A stretch of DNA of 64,000 nucleotides from Actinomycetota bacterium. GTDB taxonomy: Bacteria > Actinomycetota > CADDZG01 > JAHWKV01. Location of the stretch: the NCBI GenBank assembly GCA_046262935.1, contig JBHELT010000074.1:13251-77250 (forward strand). The letters are read 5' to 3'. Below are positions 57,909 through 64,000 of the stretch, one piece after another. The notes beneath the pieces are model-generated. The model searched no databases. It was given only the letters and a program-made list of their open reading frames with translations, and was not told the origin of the DNA. Each line of letters begins with the position of its first letter. Position 1 is the stretch's first letter. Both the position numbers and the translations under genes were made by a program.

Positions 57909-59024
57909 TTGTGCCCCCGAGACCAAGATCCCCCCCCGCAACGCTCCACCATGCAGGAGCACCACGAGCGCGACGAGGCCGGCACACCAACCGATCTCGA
58001 TTCGCTCAGGGCATTGATCGAAGAACGACTCACCGAGCGACTGGTGGGGATGCATGCCTGGTTTCGGGAAATCGAACCGCGCTCGGTGGATCTGCTTGAT
58101 CTTGTGAGCGGCCTGGTTTCATCGGGCGGCCGAAGGATCCGGCCCCTTCTTACTGTGATCTCGTTCATGGCCTGCGGCGGACGCATAGGCCAGGAGATAT
58201 TGGATGTGGCTGTGTCGATCGAGATGCTCCACACGTTCGCCTTGATCCACGACGATGTCATGGACTCTTCTGACGTACGGCGTGGGGTGCGAACCATCGG
58301 AGCAGCAAGCGGCAACGCGGTCGCCATCCTGGCTGGGGACCTGGCCTTGATCCTTTCGGACCACATCTATTGGGATTCAGGTTTCCAGCCATCAGCGTTG
58401 AGCAAGGCAGCCAAGTCCATCGATCAGATGCGGCTCGAGGCGATAGCCGGCCAGTACCTTGACCTCAAGGATCCTCATGCACAAGCTGCGAAGGTGGCCG
58501 ACCTGAAAACAACGTCGTACACGATCAGGGGCCCTCTTAGAGTTGGAGCACACCTGGCGGGTGGTTCGGTCCCCCGGTCTTTGGACCTCTTCAGCGAGCC
58601 GCTCGGGGCTGGGTTCCAACTTGCCAATGACCTGGTTGGGTTGTTTTCGGGACCCTCGCCAGCTCAGACCGACATCGCAGGCCCGGCGAAGAACCGTCTC
58701 TTCGAGATCTTCTATGAGACATGTTCCGATGAAGAATCGATCGCGAACGTCACGAGAGTGAGGACATCGGCCGCGACCGACCAGGCGAGCATCGACCTGG
58801 TGAGGTCCGCGATCACCGAGTCGGGAGCGTTGAAGGTTGCTCTGGAATCAGTCCGAAGTTCGGTCTTCAGAGCCAAAAAGATCCTCGAAGAACATGTCAC
58901 GCAGTTTCCTCGCCCAACCGCCGCGATGATGTTGAATGAGATCGCCGACCTGGTCTTGATCAAAGCTGTGGCCATCGCGGCCAGTGAAGTAGAGTCCCCT
59001 GGACACGAGAGAAGGAGTCAGTAA
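57909..59024 (+). CDS. polyprenyl diphosphate synthase (trans-isoprenyl diphosphate synthase family)
   Basis: FARM LIHDDVMDSSDVRRG and second Asp-rich GFQLANDL motif. Confidence 0.8.
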   Translation: MCPRDQDPPPQRSTMQEHHERDEAGTPTDLDSLRALIEERLTERLVGMHAWFREIEPRSVDLLDLVSGLVSSGGRRIRPLLTVISFMACGGRIGQEILDVAVSIEMLHTFALIHDDVMDSSDVRRGVRTIGAASGNAVAILAGDLALILSDHIYWDSGFQPSALSKAAKSIDQMRLEAIAGQYLDLKDPHAQAAKVADLKTTSYTIRGPLRVGAHLAGGSVPRSLDLFSEPLGAGFQLANDLVGLFSGPSPAQTDIAGPAKNRLFEIFYETCSDEESIANVTRVRTSAATDQASIDLVRSAITESGALKVALESVRSSVFRAKKILEEHVTQFPRPTAAMMLNEIADLVLIKAVAIAASEVESPGHERRSQ

Positions 59025-59025
59025 A

Positions 59026-59433
59026 GTGAAAAAGGTCTTTGGCGTAGTTTTGATAGGTGCGATCGCACTGGTTGGATGCTCGAAGAGTGGCTCGAGCGGA
59101 TCCGGCTCAACGTCGGGTTCGGGGTCTGCTGCGACCTGCTCTCCAGGCGGCGCCGAGCTGACCGTTTCGGCGAAGGACACGTCGTTCGACAAGAAATGCC
59201 TTGCCGCCCCCGCGGACGCAGCGTTCACGATCGCACTCGACAACAAGGATGGATTCCCTCACAACATCTCGATCTACAAGTCAAAGGGCGGAGCCGACGT
59301 TTACAAGGGCCAGCCATTCGCCGAGGCGAGCAAGACCACGACCTATTCGGTCCCCGCAACCACGGCAGGCACTTACTACTTCCAATGCGACATCCACCCG
59401 GACCAGATGAATGGAACCTTCATCGTGAAGTAG
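59026..59433 (+). CDS. lipoprotein cupredoxin (type-1 copper protein, second paralog)
   Basis: Signal + lipobox LVGCS; Gly/Ser linker; ligand set H in FPHNI, then C, H, M in AGTYYFQCDIHPDQMNG. Confidence 0.7.
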   Translation: MKKVFGVVLIGAIALVGCSKSGSSGSGSTSGSGSAATCSPGGAELTVSAKDTSFDKKCLAAPADAAFTIALDNKDGFPHNISIYKSKGGADVYKGQPFAEASKTTTYSVPATTAGTYYFQCDIHPDQMNGTFIVK

Positions 59434-59450
59434 TTGTTCGTTAGTTCTAA

Positions 59451-59479
59451 GAAGAAGGGCCCCTTGGGGGCCCTTCTTC
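59451..59479 (+). terminator. rho-independent-type terminator hairpin downstream of the cupredoxin gene
   Basis: Perfect 13-bp stem GAAGAAGGGCCCC-ttg-GGGGCCCTTCTTC followed by a T-containing tract. Confidence 0.6.
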
Positions 59480-59741
59480 TGTCGTTGATGGCTCGCTGGG
59501 CCGGACGCGAGAAAGGCTGGCGGACCTCCTGCGGGGCCCATCAGCCTCTCCCTATTCGGTTTTGGCTCCCTCCCGGTGATCGGCCGGGGGTGGCCGCATT
59601 CGGTAGGCCCGGCAACCATGCCCAGCTAGGGGCGCTCAGATGGACGCTCGGTCCACCAAAAATTGGTGCGTGGGGATTCCCGACTTCTCGATTGTCGCGC
59701 CGCCAAGCCAACAAGGGAAGAGTTTTTCTGAATAAGGCAGG

Positions 59742-59969
59742 TCAGAAACCGAGTTCAAAATCGAGATCGAGCCTTCCTTCGATCTCTCGCAACTGGTTCC
59801 GCGCACAATCGGGGCAAAGATAGCCTTGCAGCTTGGAACCGCTCCCCAAGATCGACCATCCCAGTGGGAACGAATCTCCGCGAACGCGCTGCGTTGCACC
59901 GCAAGACCGACAAACGATCCTATTGCGGCGGGCGATCCTGGAATCTGGGGTCTCGTCGTCGTCGGCCAA
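59742..59969 (-). CDS. small zinc-ribbon-like protein (75 aa, two CxxC pairs)
   Basis: CRSCGAT...CPDCAR. Confidence 0.35.
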   Translation of the reverse strand: MADDDETPDSRIARRNRIVCRSCGATQRVRGDSFPLGWSILGSGSKLQGYLCPDCARNQLREIEGRLDLDFELGF

Positions 59970-59990
59970 GGTGGATAAACAGTAGCAGGC

Positions 59991-60698
59991 TCAGCGACTA
60001 CCTATATACAACCCTCTGCCCATCAGGCCATCAGGGTCATGTTCGACAACCAAGCCAGCCAGCCGGAATGCTTCCTGGTATTCATCGCTCGTGAAAAGAG
60101 TCGTCGCGTGGGTCTCCATGAATGCCTCGACGCCCTGCGGCGTGCCGACCAGATAATGCAACTGAAGTGTTGAGTCTCTTGGGTCATCCGAAGAGGCTCC
60201 CACCGTCATCCTTGCGATCTTCAGGTCCGGCTTATCGACGAAACGAGCATGGACCTGGCCACGTAGCCATTCGTCAGGCGTGAACCAAGGCTCAACGACA
60301 ACGAGGCCGCCGGGTGCCAAGTGGGCGGCCATCCGGGCGATCGCCTTGTTCAAGTGGCCGACCGTCGGCCCGCAATAGCCGATCGCGCTGAAAAGGCAGG
60401 TGACCACATCGAACTTGCGTCCGAGATCGAAATCGCCCATGTCGCCAACATGCAGCGCCACGGACCCAAGGCGCTCTTGGGCGATCTTCAAAAGGCCGAG
60501 GTCGAGATCGAGCCCTTCCACCTGGAAGCGCTTCATGAAGTAGCGCAGGTGAAGACCAGTCCCGCACGCTACGTCCAACAGCGTTTGGGCACCAGGCACC
60601 CTCGCCTCGACGATATCGGCGACCTTTGATGCTTCGCGGTCGTAGTCCTTCATCTCTTGATAGATGAGGTCATACAGATGGGGGCTCTTGTCGAACAT
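59991..60698 (-). CDS. class I SAM-dependent methyltransferase
   Basis: Motif I LLDVACGTGLH, post-I acidic residue EGLDL. Confidence 0.8.
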   Translation of the reverse strand: MFDKSPHLYDLIYQEMKDYDREASKVADIVEARVPGAQTLLDVACGTGLHLRYFMKRFQVEGLDLDLGLLKIAQERLGSVALHVGDMGDFDLGRKFDVVTCLFSAIGYCGPTVGHLNKAIARMAAHLAPGGLVVVEPWFTPDEWLRGQVHARFVDKPDLKIARMTVGASSDDPRDSTLQLHYLVGTPQGVEAFMETHATTLFTSDEYQEAFRLAGLVVEHDPDGLMGRGLYIGSR

Positions 60699-60730
60699 CG
60701 AGTTTTCCTTTTAGGGGAAGGCGATAAGAA

Positions 60731-60759
60731 GAAGGGGGCCGGATTCCGGCCCCCCCTTC
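60731..60759 (-). terminator. GC-rich hairpin terminator downstream of groEL
   Basis: GGGGGCCGG-att-CCGGCCCCC stem followed on the minus strand by a TTCTTCTTAT tract. Confidence 0.55.
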
Positions 60760-60783
60760 CTTGGTGCTGTGACCAGATACTGC

Positions 60784-62478
<1,695 letters not shown>

Positions 62479-62505
62479 TTAGCACTCCAGAGTCTAGAGT
62501 GCTAA
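62479..62505. promoter_or_regulatory. CIRCE operator (HrcA-binding inverted repeat) upstream of groEL
   Basis: Exact TTAGCACTC-N9-GAGTGCTAA. Confidence 0.9.
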
Positions 62506-62681
62506 CGGCCCAGTTTGCAACCGGTCCAGCATCTGAGCGATATCGCAGGCGGGCGGGGCGGGTTATGAGGGGGAGCTAAAGCCTTTGGGCAGGGCAGATC
62601 CCATGGGCAGAGCGTTCCCAACAAGTGGGCCGGAATGAAAAGTGGACCCCGAGGGGTCCACTTTCGTGATGCTGAAAAAGC

Positions 62682-63008
62682 CTATCTTTTCGCTGCGGAC
62701 TTTCTTCTAGTGGTGGTCTTCCTTTTGGCCGCAGTCTTACGTTTCGCTGCAGGCTTCCGCTTTGCAGTTGCCTTACGTTTCGCTGCTGGCTTCCGCTTTG
62801 CAGTTGCTTTCTTTGCAGCTGTCTTGCGCTTCGCGGCTGGCTTGCGTTTTGCAGTTGCCTTCCGCTTTGCCGTCGACTTTCTAGCCGTCGACTTTTTAGC
62901 TGAGCTCTTGCGCTTGGCGGTTGCGCGCTTCGCGGGAGCCTTTGCAGTGGCTTTGCGCGTTGACTTGCGCTTCGCCGTCGACTTCTTGGCTGCTGGCATA
63001 AGTGACAC
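62682..63008 (-). CDS. lysine/alanine-rich histone-like DNA-binding protein (AKRK/PAAKRK tandem repeats; Hc1 / HupB-tail-like)
   Basis: 108 aa, ~40% Lys/Arg, repeats TAKRKPAAKRK; GC3-rich codons on the minus strand versus T-rich third positions on the antisense strand. Confidence 0.6.
   Translation of the reverse strand: MSLMPAAKKSTAKRKSTRKATAKAPAKRATAKRKSSAKKSTARKSTAKRKATAKRKPAAKRKTAAKKATAKRKPAAKRKATAKRKPAAKRKTAAKRKTTTRRKSAAKR
62700..63000. repeat. coding tandem repeat (~30–33-nt period) underlying the AKRK-repeat protein
   Basis: Repeated gcagttgccttacgtttcgctgctggcttccgctttgca units. Confidence 0.6.
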
Positions 63009-63107
63009 CCCCTTCCTCGGAGTTATTCCCCTTGTTCGGAAGTTTAGGTGAATGCAAGCCCTATTTGTAGCTAATTGGAAAGTTTTTTTCTGCGCGATTT
63101 TCGCAGG

Positions 63108-63560
63108 TCACTCTTCTCCGAATGCAGATTCGATACGCGACAACAGATTCGACTTCTCTAATTCTTGCAATCGCTTCTGTTGGATCTGATCTGTCGACAT
63201 CAATAAGATCTGGTTTACGGTGATCGCTAAGTCTTCGGGATCGAATGGTTTCGTTAAGTATTCGTCGACACCTAATCTCCATCCGTTGACGAAATCTGCT
63301 TCTGCACTTTTGGCTGTTAACAGAACAACGCGCGTACTTCTTTTCAGTCCAGTGCGACGCAATTCCCGAAGAACAGCCCAACCATCGATCTTCGGCATCA
63401 TCACATCGAGCAAGATGAGATCGGGTGTTTTGTCTTTCAGAAAATCGATAGCCTCTTCGCCGTTTCCTGCCTCATCGACCATGTGGCCCGCGTCGGTGAG
63501 CGTGAAGGAGATGAGCTGCCGGATGGCTGGTTCATCGTCCACGACTAGGATGTTCGCCAT
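63108..63560 (-). CDS. stand-alone response-regulator receiver domain protein (CheY-like)
   Basis: ILVVDDEPAIRQL, phospho-acceptor LILLDVMMPKIDG, conserved LLTAK and EYLTKPF. Confidence 0.85.
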   Translation of the reverse strand: MANILVVDDEPAIRQLISFTLTDAGHMVDEAGNGEEAIDFLKDKTPDLILLDVMMPKIDGWAVLRELRRTGLKRSTRVVLLTAKSAEADFVNGWRLGVDEYLTKPFDPEDLAITVNQILLMSTDQIQQKRLQELEKSNLLSRIESAFGEE

Positions 63561-63679
63561 TAGAAAAGGTCCTTTCGCCCGCCTAGAAGCCTCGTCGGCT
63601 CAAACTTCGTATTGATTTAATCCTATTTACCCCTTACTATTGCTTCCTTCTCTGAAACCAGGCTGGAGGCGCAGAAAAC

Positions 63680-64000
63680 ATGTCCACTCAGGTCGACTCC
63701 AAGGTCCCCCGGGCCAAGGCGGTGTTCCACGCCATGATCCCAGCGCTCGCTTTCCTAGCGGGCCCTCCGGTCGCTACATACGTGCTGGCTGTCACCGGCC
63801 TCATCATGGCTGCTAGCGTGATCGGTGGTGGCCGCTTCAGCCTTTTCGGCATCATCTTCAACAAGTGGATAAGACCGGCTTTGAGGTTGGGCCCCGGAAA
63901 GCTCGAGGAAGTAGCCCCTCACCGTTTCGCCGAAGCGGTCGGCTCGGTGTTCTTGCTGGCATCTTCGCTCGCGTTCGGCGCCGGAGCCAAGGTATTGGGC
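63680..64000 (+). CDS. membrane protein, N-terminal fragment (continues beyond window; DUF4395-like guess)
   Basis: ATG at 63680; hydrophobic segments IPALAFLAGPPVATYVLAVTGLIMAASVIGG; no stop before the window end. Confidence 0.3.
   Translation, partial: MSTQVDSKVPRAKAVFHAMIPALAFLAGPPVATYVLAVTGLIMAASVIGGGRFSLFGIIFNKWIRPALRLGPGKLEEVAPHRFAEAVGSVFLLASSLAFGAGAKVLG

Noticed and set aside
59434-59823. 129-aa plus-strand ORF after the cupredoxin gene
   Set aside because: It begins inside the terminator hairpin and has no domain or coding bias; the region is more likely 3' UTR/intergenic.

Overview
This is a high-GC (~60%) chromosomal segment that reads like core Actinomycetota genome (F420/PPOX-class enzyme, WS/DGAT, ergothioneine genes, caa3 oxidase; possibly Acidimicrobiia-like, low confidence). 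It is dense in housekeeping and redox functions and I could support no integrase, transposase, CRISPR array, restriction, TA or other canonical defence or mobile genes. I did not detect any tRNA or rRNA by eye.

Main blocks:
- (i) An orphan GAF sensor kinase and a frameshifted cytochrome P450.
- (ii) A thiol-disulfide / cytochrome-c-maturation-type cluster (TlpA–CcdA–TlpA–Tat-lipoprotein).
- (iii) A MacB-type ABC pair (ATPase + FtsX permease).
- (iv) A MarR–MFS pair and a heterodimeric ABC exporter.
- (v) An ergothioneine cluster egtA–egtB–egtD (no egtC), with a class-V PLP enzyme nearby.
- (vi) A sortase-type LPFTG surface protein.
- (vii) gabT, a 5'-3' exonuclease, glpX, MFS, WS/DGAT.
- (viii) A sulfur operon: LarE-like–NIL–CvpA/CAP–CBS–CGL.
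- (ix) A complete caa3-type cytochrome oxidase operon ctaC-D-E-F-G plus a cupredoxin and a fused ctaA–ctaB (heme A / heme O synthase).
- (x) CIRCE-controlled groEL, preceded by a lysine/alanine-repeat histone-like protein.

The most unusual sequence-level feature is a dispersed, hairpin-forming ~79-bp repeat family (consensus core CTCGGGGGTTTCGCAGCTTCTGGCGCGC...GCTACACCCCCGAACCCCC). It occurs as 1–3 tandem copies in at least four intergenic loci in both orientations, plus one partial copy. Two genes (P450 and an MFS transporter) carry frameshifts. Start coordinates of several minus-strand genes were trimmed from the ORF track where an upstream gene boundary or domain logic indicated a shorter product. 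No claim here rests on database searches.
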